Source: Pseudomonadota bacterium
Lineage (GTDB): Bacteria; Bdellovibrionota; FAC87; UBA2466
NCBI GenBank assembly: GCA_043767805.1
Contig: JAYUGC010000137.1
Span: 1-10,792, forward strand
Direction: 5' to 3'
Length of the DNA: 10,792 nucleotides
This document shows, one piece after another, positions 1 to 7,565 of the stretch (the stretch's first letter is position 1; each line of letters begins with the position of its first letter). Under the pieces are notes generated by a model. The model was not told the origin of the DNA and did not search any database. It saw nothing but the letters and a program-made list of their open reading frames with translations. A program made the position numbers and the translations under genes.

Positions 1-936
1 TTTCGAGCTTGCTTGAATGGCGTTGACCGAGATCGAGGGCAGGCGGGTCATCTTTTCCTGAGGGGACGCGGGCCCGCCAACGATCTGAGTCTTGGGAAGC
101 AGGCCCGCTTGCTTGCGGTAGTCGTCGTCGGTGTAGTTGAGGCTCGCGAGGCTTTTGGCTTCCAAGGGACTCATCGGCAACACTTCGTCGTAAATGCCGG
201 GGATGGCGATCTTCCCTTCCTTGTCGGTGAGGGAAGCGAGCATCTTGGAAAGCGCGAGCACGGGATCCGGGCCGGGGCCTCCCCACATGCCGGAGTGAAG
301 GGGCTGTTTCATGGCCTTCACGGTCACTTCCATGCCGACCAGGCCTCGAAGGGAGGTAGTGAGCGTCGGAACGCCCACATCGAAGTTCGAGGTGTCGGTG
401 AGCACGAGACAATCGGCCTTCATCTTGTCTTTGTACTTTTCGAGAAACCCTTCGAGATGAGAGGAGCCGATCTCTTCTTCGCCTTCGATCAAAATTTTCA
501 CGTTGAGGGGAAGCTTCCCCATGACCTTGAGGTACGCGCGGATCGCGCTGGTATGCACGATGATGCCGGCTTTATCGTCCGCCGCGCCCCGTCCGTACAA
601 GCGATCTTCGATCTGCACGGGCTCAAAGGGCTTCGTCTTCCAAACTTCCTCGCGGCCGGGAGGCTGAACGTCATGGTGGGCGTAGAGCAAAAGCGTGGGC
701 TTTCCAGGAGCGTGGAGCCAGTCGGCGTACACATAAGGATGGGCTTTCCCAATCCTCAGGATTTCGACGTGCTCAAGGCCTTCTTCGCGGAGCAGGCTTG
801 CGACCGCCTCGGCCGAGCGCTCGACCTCTTCGGTATTGAAACCGTCGAAGCTGACCGAAGGAATTCGAACCAGCTTCTTCAGTTTCTCGAGGGAATCGTT
901 GAACTCGGCGGCGGCGAAATCGGCGACTTTGTCCAT
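1..936 (-). CDS. M20/M25/M40 family metallopeptidase (dipeptidase/ArgE-DapE-like), 3' end truncated by window start
   Basis: Manual minus-strand translation from ATG at 936: MDKVADFAAAEFNDSLEKLKKLVRIPSVS...PTLLLYAHHDVQPPG...RLYGRGAADDKAG...NVKILIEGEEEIGS...LVLTDT...LRGL...LHSGMWGG. It contains the M20 motifs HxDVQP, GRGxxDDK, EEE and HSG. SD GGAGG lies 5 nt upstream and the frame is open to position 1. Confidence 0.93.
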   Translation of the reverse strand, partial: MDKVADFAAAEFNDSLEKLKKLVRIPSVSFDGFNTEEVERSAEAVASLLREEGLEHVEILRIGKAHPYVYADWLHAPGKPTLLLYAHHDVQPPGREEVWKTKPFEPVQIEDRLYGRGAADDKAGIIVHTSAIRAYLKVMGKLPLNVKILIEGEEEIGSSHLEGFLEKYKDKMKADCLVLTDTSNFDVGVPTLTTSLRGLVGMEVTVKAMKQPLHSGMWGGPGPDPVLALSKMLASLTDKEGKIAIPGIYDEVLPMSPLEAKSLASLNYTDDDYRKQAGLLPKTQIVGGPASPQEKMTRLPSISVNAIQASSK

Positions 937-940
937 GAGG

Positions 941-956
941 ACCTCCGCCTGGAGGT
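941..956 (-). promoter_or_regulatory. 6-bp hairpin (ACCTCC-AGGC-GGAGGT on minus strand) covering the SD of the M20 peptidase gene
   Basis: Perfect inverted repeat 941-946/951-956; one arm is the GGAGG SD and the other is an anti-SD sequence. Confidence 0.35.
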
Positions 957-990
957 ATATCCTCAAGTGGCGCCTACCTGCAAAGCCTCC

Positions 991-1019
991 TTGACACCCA
1001 CCCCCGGGAAAGAAAAAGT
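991..1019 (+). promoter_or_regulatory. Putative sigma70 promoter of folD (possibly leaderless)
   Basis: Perfect TTGACA (991-996), 17-bp spacer, AAAAGT (1014-1019). The ATG follows 8 nt later with no SD. Confidence 0.5.
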
Positions 1020-1027
1020 AGCCGCTC

Positions 1028-1861
1028 ATGGCGCAAATTCTCGACGGTAAAGTGGTTGCCGCGGCGGTCTACGAAGATCTGAAGCGGCAAATCGCGAAGC
1101 TCCCGGTGGTTCCCAAGATTGTTTTTCTGCGGGTGGGGGAAGACCCTGCTTCGCGCACCTACGTGAACGCGAAGGCCAAAAAGTCCCAGGAGCTGGGGTT
1201 ACTCAGCGAGACGGTAGTGCTTGCCGAAAATGTCACCGAGGCCGAGCTCGTTGGCTGGATTGTGCGATTGAACAAGACGGCGGCGGTGCACGGCATCCTG
1301 GTGCAACTTCCGCTGCCAAAGCACCTCGATAAGGCGAAGATTTTGGGCCTCATCGATCCGCTGAAAGACGTGGATAGCCTGCACGCCGAGAACGTGGGGC
1401 TTCTCTTGCAAGGCAATCCTCGTTACTTGCCCTGCACGCCGGCGGGCGTGGTGCAGATTCTCGACCATTACAAGATTCCCATCGCCGGAAAACGCGCGGT
1501 GGTCGTTGGACGGAGCGAGATTGTCGGAAAACCGGCGGCGCTTTTACTTTTGCAACGAGACGCCACCGTCACCATCTGTCATTCGCGCACCGTTGATTTG
1601 GAAAAGATCGTGTCGGAAGCCGATATCGTCGTGGCGGCCGTCGGCCGGCCGAAATTTTTGAAGGCCGCGCACATCAAGCAAGGCGCCGCCGTTTTGGATG
1701 TCGGCATCAACCGCGTGGACGACAAGCTGTGCGGGGACGTGGATTTCGACGCCGTTCAAGCCAAGGCCGGTTTCATCACGCCGGTGCCGGGCGGAGTGGG
1801 CCCCATGACTATTTGCATGCTGATGAGCAATCTCGTGCGAGCCGCCGGTAAAGCCAGCTAG
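1028..1861 (+). CDS. folD: Bifunctional methylenetetrahydrofolate dehydrogenase/methenyltetrahydrofolate cyclohydrolase
   Basis: Motifs ILDGK, VGEDPASRTYV..K, HGILVQLPLP, KDVD.LH..N.G, PCTPAG, VVGRSEIVGKP, TVTICHSRT, DVGINR, GDVDF, ITPVPGGVGPMT; typical length (277 aa). Confidence 0.98.
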   Translation: MAQILDGKVVAAAVYEDLKRQIAKLPVVPKIVFLRVGEDPASRTYVNAKAKKSQELGLLSETVVLAENVTEAELVGWIVRLNKTAAVHGILVQLPLPKHLDKAKILGLIDPLKDVDSLHAENVGLLLQGNPRYLPCTPAGVVQILDHYKIPIAGKRAVVVGRSEIVGKPAALLLLQRDATVTICHSRTVDLEKIVSEADIVVAAVGRPKFLKAAHIKQGAAVLDVGINRVDDKLCGDVDFDAVQAKAGFITPVPGGVGPMTICMLMSNLVRAAGKAS

Positions 1862-2481
1862 AGCAGCTGCTTTGCTTTCCATGCCCCGAGAATCTTATTG
1901 AGTTGGGCGGCAATGGCGCCGGGATTGCCCGCGTTGTCGATGACGTGGGTCGCTGCTTCGAGCCGCCGTTTGTCGTCGACTTGAGACGCCAGCATCTGCG
2001 CGGCGAGATTCGCGTCGACGCCATCCCGATCCTGAAGCCTCTTGAGGCGAACCTCGGGCGGCGCCGTGACTACGATGAGCTCGTCCAAATGTTTTTCGAG
2101 GCCGGCCTCGAGAATGAGCGCGGCCTCGCAGACGATGATCTTCTGGCCCGAGGCTTGGGTTTCCCTGGCCTCCCGCTCGAACGTTTTCCAGATGACCGGG
2201 TGCAGGACTTTTTCGACGCGCGACCGATCGCTCGGATGGTTGAAAAGATGCTCGCGCAGCGCGCGCCGGTTGAGGGCGCCGTCTTTTAGGATGTGAGGGC
2301 CGCAGATTTCCGATATTTCCACGGCGAGTCTCGGGTTCTCGTCGACGACGTTTCGCCCCACCGTGTCCAAGTTGACGACCTTGATGCCGTGTTTTTGCAA
2401 CGCGGAAGCGACGGTGGACTTGCCGGAGGCGATGCCGCCCGTCAGGCCGACTCGGAGGAAGTTGCGTTCCATGGCTTCCAT
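1858..2481 (-). CDS. coaE: Dephospho-CoA kinase
   Basis: VGLTGGIASGKSTV P-loop, LNRRALREHLF, EKVLHPVI, EAALILE, RLKRLQDRDG, VIDN. The likely start is ATG 2481 (AGGAG ~10 nt upstream) or 2472, not the ORF-track start at 2793. Its stop overlaps the folD stop (CTAG 1858-1861). Confidence 0.95.
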   Translation of the reverse strand: MEAMERNFLRVGLTGGIASGKSTVASALQKHGIKVVNLDTVGRNVVDENPRLAVEISEICGPHILKDGALNRRALREHLFNHPSDRSRVEKVLHPVIWKTFEREARETQASGQKIIVCEAALILEAGLEKHLDELIVVTAPPEVRLKRLQDRDGVDANLAAQMLASQVDDKRRLEAATHVIDNAGNPGAIAAQLNKILGAWKAKQLL

Positions 2482-3824
2482 CCTAACCGCTCTCCTCGCT
2501 TCCGCCAAAGGAGGCTTAAGGCGATGAGAATCAAGAGGGCCGCGAAGCGAAATTTCGGAGTCTCGGTGGTTTGAAAGAGCTGCCGGGAGAGGCACGGCCA
2601 TAGGGGCGTGAGCGGCACGGAGAGCGACGTCGAAAAGACGAGTACGGCAAGCGCGCCGCTCACCATGAGAGCGGCACTTAGGCCCCGCTTTCGGCCTTCG
2701 CTGGTTCCATCCCAGACGAGTCCTAGTAGAAGCGCCCATACGGGAAATATCGCCGACAAATAGCGTGGGCCAGGAGTCAGGCCGCCGTGCCATCCATTAA
2801 AGGAAGCGTTCATCAGAACTAGGCCCATGAGTCCCAACAAAGAGAGGCTGGCGAGTTTCTTCTTCTCGCTCGGCGGGCCCAAAATCAGCACGGCCGCGAC
2901 GGGCACGAGGAGAAGGATCCAGGGCTGAGTCCAAAGCAGGCCGCGCTCGGGGCCCACGATGAGATGGCGGACCGTCTCCACGTTGGGAAGACTCAAGATG
3001 CCCCATAAAGGATGGCTCGCCACCGAGTCCACGTACTCGGGGTTTTGATAACGAGAGGCGAGGGTAAAGGGACTTCCAAAGGCAGACTGATGATAAGCGA
3101 CCCAGGCAAAGGCCGGACCTGCCGCTCCGAGGAAAAAAGCCGAGAGTCGGTTCTTGAAAGCCGGGAAAAAGGCGAGAGCGGCGGCCGGTAAAAGGGCGAT
3201 GGAGCCGTAGTCGCTCAAGACGGCGAGGCCCAGGGCAAGACCTGCCAGAAACGCCTGTCCTTCCAAAGCCGCGAGGGCGAAGGCGAATAGGGAGACGGCC
3301 GTGACTCCGTGGCCAAAAAACGTATTCATGAAAAGCGAGGCCGTGCTGCCAAAGGCGAGAGCAAAAAGAGAAAGGTCTCGCGCCAAAGAGCTCGCGCCCC
3401 GGCGCCGAAGGAAATGGCCGGCGGCCGCGAGGAGCCAGGCAAAAGGTAAAAGCTGGAGAAGAAAGGCGAGTATTTTTTGAACGCGGGCCTTGTAGCGGTA
3501 GCGGAACTCGTCTCGCGCGGCGCGATCGGGAAGGGACGCGGTTCCGGCTTTGTCGATTAGCCAATAAAAAGGAAAGGCAAGGAGACTCGGGCCGGGAGCT
3601 TTGTTCGAATAGTAGTGACCATCCGGAGCGCGGGCCCAATCGCCCGTTTTTGTGTGATAGGCGTCAATGCGAGAGCTGTGATCTTCCGCCCAGGCGTTCA
3701 ATAGAAAGTAACGGGAATCGGAGTTGGTGCCGCCGGGAAGGGGGAAGGCTAGGTTCACCAATAGAAAGAGCAGAATCCAGGGCGCCGCTCCGGACGCCAA
3801 AACCCACCGCTTCACATTCCCCAT
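2442..3824 (-). CDS. Polytopic membrane protein, probable GT-C fold glycosyltransferase (ArnT/PMT-like)
   Basis: 460 aa with ~10 or more hydrophobic segments. An N-terminal TM is followed by an extracytoplasmic loop (NSDSR...YYSNKAPGPSLLA), with late motifs PERGLL and GGLTPGPRYL reminiscent of GT-C proteins. The CDS is solid; the function is inferred. Confidence 0.65.
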   Translation of the reverse strand: MGNVKRWVLASGAAPWILLFLLVNLAFPLPGGTNSDSRYFLLNAWAEDHSSRIDAYHTKTGDWARAPDGHYYSNKAPGPSLLAFPFYWLIDKAGTASLPDRAARDEFRYRYKARVQKILAFLLQLLPFAWLLAAAGHFLRRRGASSLARDLSLFALAFGSTASLFMNTFFGHGVTAVSLFAFALAALEGQAFLAGLALGLAVLSDYGSIALLPAAALAFFPAFKNRLSAFFLGAAGPAFAWVAYHQSAFGSPFTLASRYQNPEYVDSVASHPLWGILSLPNVETVRHLIVGPERGLLWTQPWILLLVPVAAVLILGPPSEKKKLASLSLLGLMGLVLMNASFNGWHGGLTPGPRYLSAIFPVWALLLGLVWDGTSEGRKRGLSAALMVSGALAVLVFSTSLSVPLTPLWPCLSRQLFQTTETPKFRFAALLILIALSLLWRKRGERLGWKPWNATSSESA

Positions 3825-3830
3825 GTCAGA

Positions 3831-3859
3831 GGTCTACCCGTTCCGGGGACGGCGCTCAA
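3831..3859 (-). promoter_or_regulatory. Putative sigma70-type promoter for the GT-C/coaE unit (leaderless)
   Basis: Minus strand TTGAGC (3859-3854), 17 bp, TAGACC (3836-3831), then 6 nt to the ATG at 3824; no SD. Confidence 0.4.
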
Positions 3860-3877
3860 CTTCAAGATTGGGAGTGG

Positions 3878-3906
3878 TTGTCGGGAGGCACGCTTTCCAG
3901 TAAAAC
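3878..3906 (+). promoter_or_regulatory. Putative sigma70-type promoter for the DUF62 gene (leaderless)
   Basis: TTGTCG (3878-3883), 17 bp, TAAAAC (3901-3906), then 6 nt to the ATG at 3913; no properly spaced SD. Confidence 0.4.
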
Positions 3907-3912
3907 TTCCGT

Positions 3913-4773
3913 ATGAAACCCCTCGTCCTTTCTCTTTTGTTTCTGTTTTCCTTGAGCGTTCAGGCCGCTCCCGTCGTGTTCATGACGGACTTCGGGCAAG
4001 TCGACGACGCGGTCGCCATCTGTAAGGGCGTCATGCTGGGGATTGCGCCGTCTTTGACCATCGTGGATCTGACGCACGACATCCCGCCCTTCGCCATTGC
4101 CGACGCTGCCCGTTTTTTGGCCGGCGCCGCCGAGTACTATCCGGAAGGCACCGTGTTCGTGACGGTGGTCGATCCGGGGGTGGGCAGCAACCGTAAGCCG
4201 CTTGCCGCCAAATCGAAACGCGGTCAGTACTTCGTGCTTCCCGACAACGGATTGCTAACTCCAGTCGCCGAACGTGATGGGCTCGAGTCCGTACGAGAGA
4301 TTCAAAACACGAAGTGGATGATCAAGTCTCAGGTGTCCTCGACCTTTCACGGGCGTGACATCTTTTCCGCCGTGGGGGCGCATCTGGCCAAGGGCGAGAC
4401 CTTCTCGGCCGTAGGGCCCGAGGTCGCGACTTTCGTGAAGATCGAAGTGAAGCTACCGAAGGTCGTCGAGACGGGAGTCGACGGAGAAATGATGGCCTTG
4501 GACGGCCCGTACGGGAACGTCATCACCAACGTTCGCATGACCGATCTCGAGAAAGTGGGTCTCAAGATGGGCGATACCGTCAGCGCGACCCTGGGCAAAC
4601 AAAAGGTGAAGTTCCCGCTTACGCTCACCTTCTCCGACGTAGCGGTCGGGAAGCCGCTCTTTTACATCGACTCGAAAGGGTTCGTCGCGCTCGCCGTCAA
4701 CCAGGGCAATTTCGCGAAGCAGTTCAAAATAACGCCGCCCCGGCCTATCACTTTGTTGAAAGCGGCGAAGTAG
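3913..4773 (+). CDS. S-adenosyl-L-methionine hydroxide adenosyltransferase (DUF62; fluorinase/chlorinase superfamily) with N-terminal signal peptide
   Basis: Motifs MTDFG..D..V..CKGV, DLTHDIPPF, VVDPGVGSNR, PDNGLL, STFHGRDIFS, GNVITN, LAVNQG; Asp-Arg-His hydrolase triad present. N-terminus MKPLVLSLLFLFSLSVQA-A looks like a Sec/SPI signal. Confidence 0.93.
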   Translation: MKPLVLSLLFLFSLSVQAAPVVFMTDFGQVDDAVAICKGVMLGIAPSLTIVDLTHDIPPFAIADAARFLAGAAEYYPEGTVFVTVVDPGVGSNRKPLAAKSKRGQYFVLPDNGLLTPVAERDGLESVREIQNTKWMIKSQVSSTFHGRDIFSAVGAHLAKGETFSAVGPEVATFVKIEVKLPKVVETGVDGEMMALDGPYGNVITNVRMTDLEKVGLKMGDTVSATLGKQKVKFPLTLTFSDVAVGKPLFYIDSKGFVALAVNQGNFAKQFKITPPRPITLLKAAK

Positions 4774-4782
4774 GAGCAAGTC

Positions 4783-5946
4783 ATGGACGTTCGCCTTTTA
4801 CAAACCATCTTGAGCCAGCCCACCGCTCCTTTCCGCGAGTCCTTCGTCATTCGCACGGTGTCGGAGTTTTTGACTCAGAACAAGATTCCGTTCTTCACCG
4901 ATCCCGTGGGTAATCTCGTCTTGGGCGTCAGCTCCGCCGAAGCCTATCTGGAGATGGTGAACCGCCCTTCGAGTCATCCGGTCTGCGTCTACATCGCTCA
5001 CATGGATCACCCGGGCTTTCACGGCGAAAAATGGATTGAAGACGACGTCCTCGCCGTCAAATGGTACGGCGGCTCGCCGAAGAAACATTTAGTGGGCGCC
5101 AACGTTTGGGTGGCCGATGCCATCAAGCTGCGCGGCGAGGGTAAAATCACTCAGGTAAAGCTCGTCAAAGGCGGCCGGGGCATGGACACCGCGCGCATCA
5201 AGGTGAAGGGCTTTTCCCGCAAGGACACGCACGATCCGTCGGTGCTCTACGGCGCGTTTCGTTTCAAGAAGCCTTATTGGAAAGTGGGCGATCGGATTTA
5301 CACCAAAGCCGCTGACGATCTCGTGGGGGTGACCACCATCGTTTCGCTCGCCGCCGCGCGCGCCAAAGCCGCTCCGGCGGACGGTCCCGCATTCCTGGGT
5401 CTTTTGACTCGCGCCGAAGAGGTCGGCTTCATCGGCTGCATCGGGCATTTGGACTTGGGCTGGTTATCGTCGAAAAAACGGCCCGTGATGTGCGTGAGCC
5501 TCGAGACTTCCCGTACGCTTCCCGGCGCCATTCCGGGAAAAGGCCCCGTGGTCCGCCTGGGCGACCGGGCAACCACGTTCGATCCGGGCGGCATTCAGGT
5601 TTTTACGGGCCTCGCCATCAAGACCCTCGGCAAGAAGTTTCAAAAGCGGATCATGGACGGCGGGACCTGCGAGGGGACCGCGGCTACCGTGTTCGGCCAC
5701 CCGACCATCGCCATTTCCATTCCGCTCGGCAATTACCATAACGAAGCATTCGAAGGCGGACCGGAGTGCCGGGGCAAGGAAGGGCCTGGACCGGAGTTTG
5801 TGCATCTTTCCGACGCGAAGGGAATGTACACGCTCTGCGAAGGGATTCTATCCCCCGACTTACCTTGGGCGGATCCTTGGGGTGCCCGGCGCGCGCAGTT
5901 CCAAGCCGCTTACAAGAAAGCGCAGCCTTTACTGGACCAGCGGTAA
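4783..5946 (+). CDS. M42/M20/M28-clan (MH) binuclear metallohydrolase, substrate unknown
   Basis: Metal/catalytic motifs IAHMDH, AADDLVG, RAEEVGFIG, SLETS, GGTCE, GNYHN. The SD AGGAG overlaps the upstream TAG stop (4771-4776). Confidence 0.85.
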   Translation: MDVRLLQTILSQPTAPFRESFVIRTVSEFLTQNKIPFFTDPVGNLVLGVSSAEAYLEMVNRPSSHPVCVYIAHMDHPGFHGEKWIEDDVLAVKWYGGSPKKHLVGANVWVADAIKLRGEGKITQVKLVKGGRGMDTARIKVKGFSRKDTHDPSVLYGAFRFKKPYWKVGDRIYTKAADDLVGVTTIVSLAAARAKAAPADGPAFLGLLTRAEEVGFIGCIGHLDLGWLSSKKRPVMCVSLETSRTLPGAIPGKGPVVRLGDRATTFDPGGIQVFTGLAIKTLGKKFQKRIMDGGTCEGTAATVFGHPTIAISIPLGNYHNEAFEGGPECRGKEGPGPEFVHLSDAKGMYTLCEGILSPDLPWADPWGARRAQFQAAYKKAQPLLDQR

Positions 5947-6114
5947 ATCGGCGTGGCTCGAGTATTCCCAGAGCGAGCCGTCATAGTTCGCCACTAGAAC
6001 TCCCAGTCTCGCCTCGAGAAGTATCGCGACACTCGGACGGAACCGTTTGCCGCAAAGGTGTTTAGAACCATGAGAAAGAGTAGATGCATGAGGCCATTCG
6101 CTTTGGGATGTCGT

Positions 6115-6123
6115 TGCTATACT
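6115..6123 (+). promoter_or_regulatory. Extended -10 promoter upstream of the DUF547 gene
   Basis: TGcTATACT (TGn + 5/6 match to TATAAT), 36 nt before ATG 6160; SD-like GAGGT at 6150-6154. Confidence 0.55.
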
Positions 6124-6159
6124 AAGGCCAGTTTTTACCCTGTTTCGCCGAGGTTCTCC

Positions 6160-6921
6160 ATGAAATCCCTCCTAACTGGTTTACTTCTTTTCGCGGCGGT
6201 GCAAGCCCGGGCTGCCTTCGACGTGTCTCATGCGAAGTGGGACTCCTTCTTGAAAGCCCACGTCACGGTGAACGGACCGACGAGTACCGTCGATTACAAA
6301 AAGGCGAAAGCAAATTTTGGGGCCGCCAGCGACTATCTTGCCTCGGTGTCCGCCGTGCGGAGGGCGGAGTACGAGGCCTGGTCTGCGAATCAGAAGATGG
6401 CGTTTCTGATAAACGCCTACAACGCCTTTACGGTTAAGCTCATCGTCGACAATTACCCGCTGAAATCCATCAAGGACTTGGGCAGCCTTTTTAGGAGCCC
6501 TTGGAAGAAAGAGTTTTTTCAGCTCTTCGGGGAATCGCAAAGGCTCGACGGCATCGAGCACGATCTGCTCAGAAAGCACTTCAAAGAGCCGCGCATTCAT
6601 GTGGCGGTGGCGTGCGCGTCCCTTGGATGTCCCCAGCTCAGAAACGAAGCCTGGACGGCCGAAAAACTCGAGGCGCAGTTCGAAGACAGCATGAAGCTAT
6701 TTTTGAGTGATGGAGTACGCAACCGCTACGATGCGGGAGAGAATCGATTCACGATCTCGAAAATCTTCGACTGGTACGCGGGAGATTTCAAGGATAGCGC
6801 CGGCTCCGTGCCCGCGTTTCTGGCTAAGTATTACGGCAAGACTCCCGAGGAGAAAAAGAAAATGGAGGAGGCGAGACTCGCCTACTCGGAGTACGACTGG
6901 CGTCTCAACGAGACGAAGTAG
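6160..6921 (+). CDS. DUF547 domain-containing exported protein
   Basis: Motifs VDY, AFLINAYNAFT, SIKD, LDGIEHDLLR, EPRIHVAVACASLGCPQL, SKIFDWYAGDF, YDWRLN. Signal peptide MKSLLTGLLLFAAVQARA; start reassigned from 6058 to ATG 6160. Confidence 0.92.
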   Translation: MKSLLTGLLLFAAVQARAAFDVSHAKWDSFLKAHVTVNGPTSTVDYKKAKANFGAASDYLASVSAVRRAEYEAWSANQKMAFLINAYNAFTVKLIVDNYPLKSIKDLGSLFRSPWKKEFFQLFGESQRLDGIEHDLLRKHFKEPRIHVAVACASLGCPQLRNEAWTAEKLEAQFEDSMKLFLSDGVRNRYDAGENRFTISKIFDWYAGDFKDSAGSVPAFLAKYYGKTPEEKKKMEEARLAYSEYDWRLNETK

Positions 6922-7561
6922 TGGTGAGTGCTATGGACGTCAGCCGAAGATCGAAAGTCGACTGAGTGTCGTCTCCGTCGGACTGAATCCAAAGGCCGAT
7001 CGCCCGGACGTCGGGCTCGAAGGTTTTTTCGAACGCAAAGGGCCCGGGCTTTTCGAGGCGCTTTACCGTATCTTCGAAAAGATAGTGGCTCATGGGGTGG
7101 TGGCGGGTGTCGCCCGGTTCCCCACTTTGAGAGAGCGTGAGAAAATGCACGCCACCGAACGCGCGATTGGGGAGACTGTCCGTCAGCCGCTTGAGCCAGC
7201 TCGGCGCGAAGAGACGCTCGAACCAGTTAAGCGATTTCTTTCCTTCCAGAACGACCCCAAGCCGGAGCGCGAAATCATCCGCCCCTTTCTCTCCCTCGGT
7301 TTTGCCCGGAAGTAGCGTCGGTAAAGCGGATACGGACCCCTCGGCCGCGAGGGCATGGAGCGGCAGAGTCTCGTCGAAATGATAGAAGAGGGGGCTTGCC
7401 GAGCGCTTTACGGAAATGCGGAGCTCGTTGTCGGAAAAGGTGATTTCGTTCGCGGGCTCGTTGCCGTAACGAAGGGCGTGCCAGTGATCCCCTCCGGACA
7501 AGGGAAGGGCGAGCACGGCGAGAAACGCTTGTTTGGGAAATAGCTGTCCGAGGGTGCGCAT
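6905..7561 (-). CDS. DUF3047-like exported protein
   Basis: Hydrophobic N-terminal segment; motifs SASPL, KGADDFALR and IQSDGDDT resemble the K..DD...R and I..D.D.T signatures of DUF3047. It starts 4 nt after the arsM-like stop. Confidence 0.65.
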   Translation of the reverse strand: MRTLGQLFPKQAFLAVLALPLSGGDHWHALRYGNEPANEITFSDNELRISVKRSASPLFYHFDETLPLHALAAEGSVSALPTLLPGKTEGEKGADDFALRLGVVLEGKKSLNWFERLFAPSWLKRLTDSLPNRAFGGVHFLTLSQSGEPGDTRHHPMSHYLFEDTVKRLEKPGPFAFEKTFEPDVRAIGLWIQSDGDDTQSTFDLRLTSIALTTTSSR

Positions 7562-7565
7562 GGTT

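Noticed and set aside
13..1050. 345-aa plus-strand ORF
   Set aside because: Antisense shadow of the minus-strand M20 peptidase and overlaps the folD start; no recognisable motifs.
2482..2793. N-terminal extension of coaE in the ORF track
   Set aside because: Lies inside the upstream membrane protein gene; CoaE homology and the SD point to a start at 2481 or 2472.
2797..3639. 280-aa minus-strand ORF
   Set aside because: Alternative frame within the GT-C-like gene; Arg/Pro/Ser-rich composition typical of GC-rich off-frame reading.
3913..4773. True fluorinase or chlorinase
   Set aside because: Retains the DUF62 Asp-Arg-His triad (VVDPG, R, TFHGRD); halogenases have Tyr in the TFY motif in place of His.
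6058..6159. Extended N-terminus of the DUF547 ORF
   Set aside because: Contains the extended -10 and the SD; the signal peptide begins at ATG 6160.
6707..7315. 202-aa plus-strand ORF
   Set aside because: Overlaps DUF547 out of frame and DUF3047 in antisense; no motifs.
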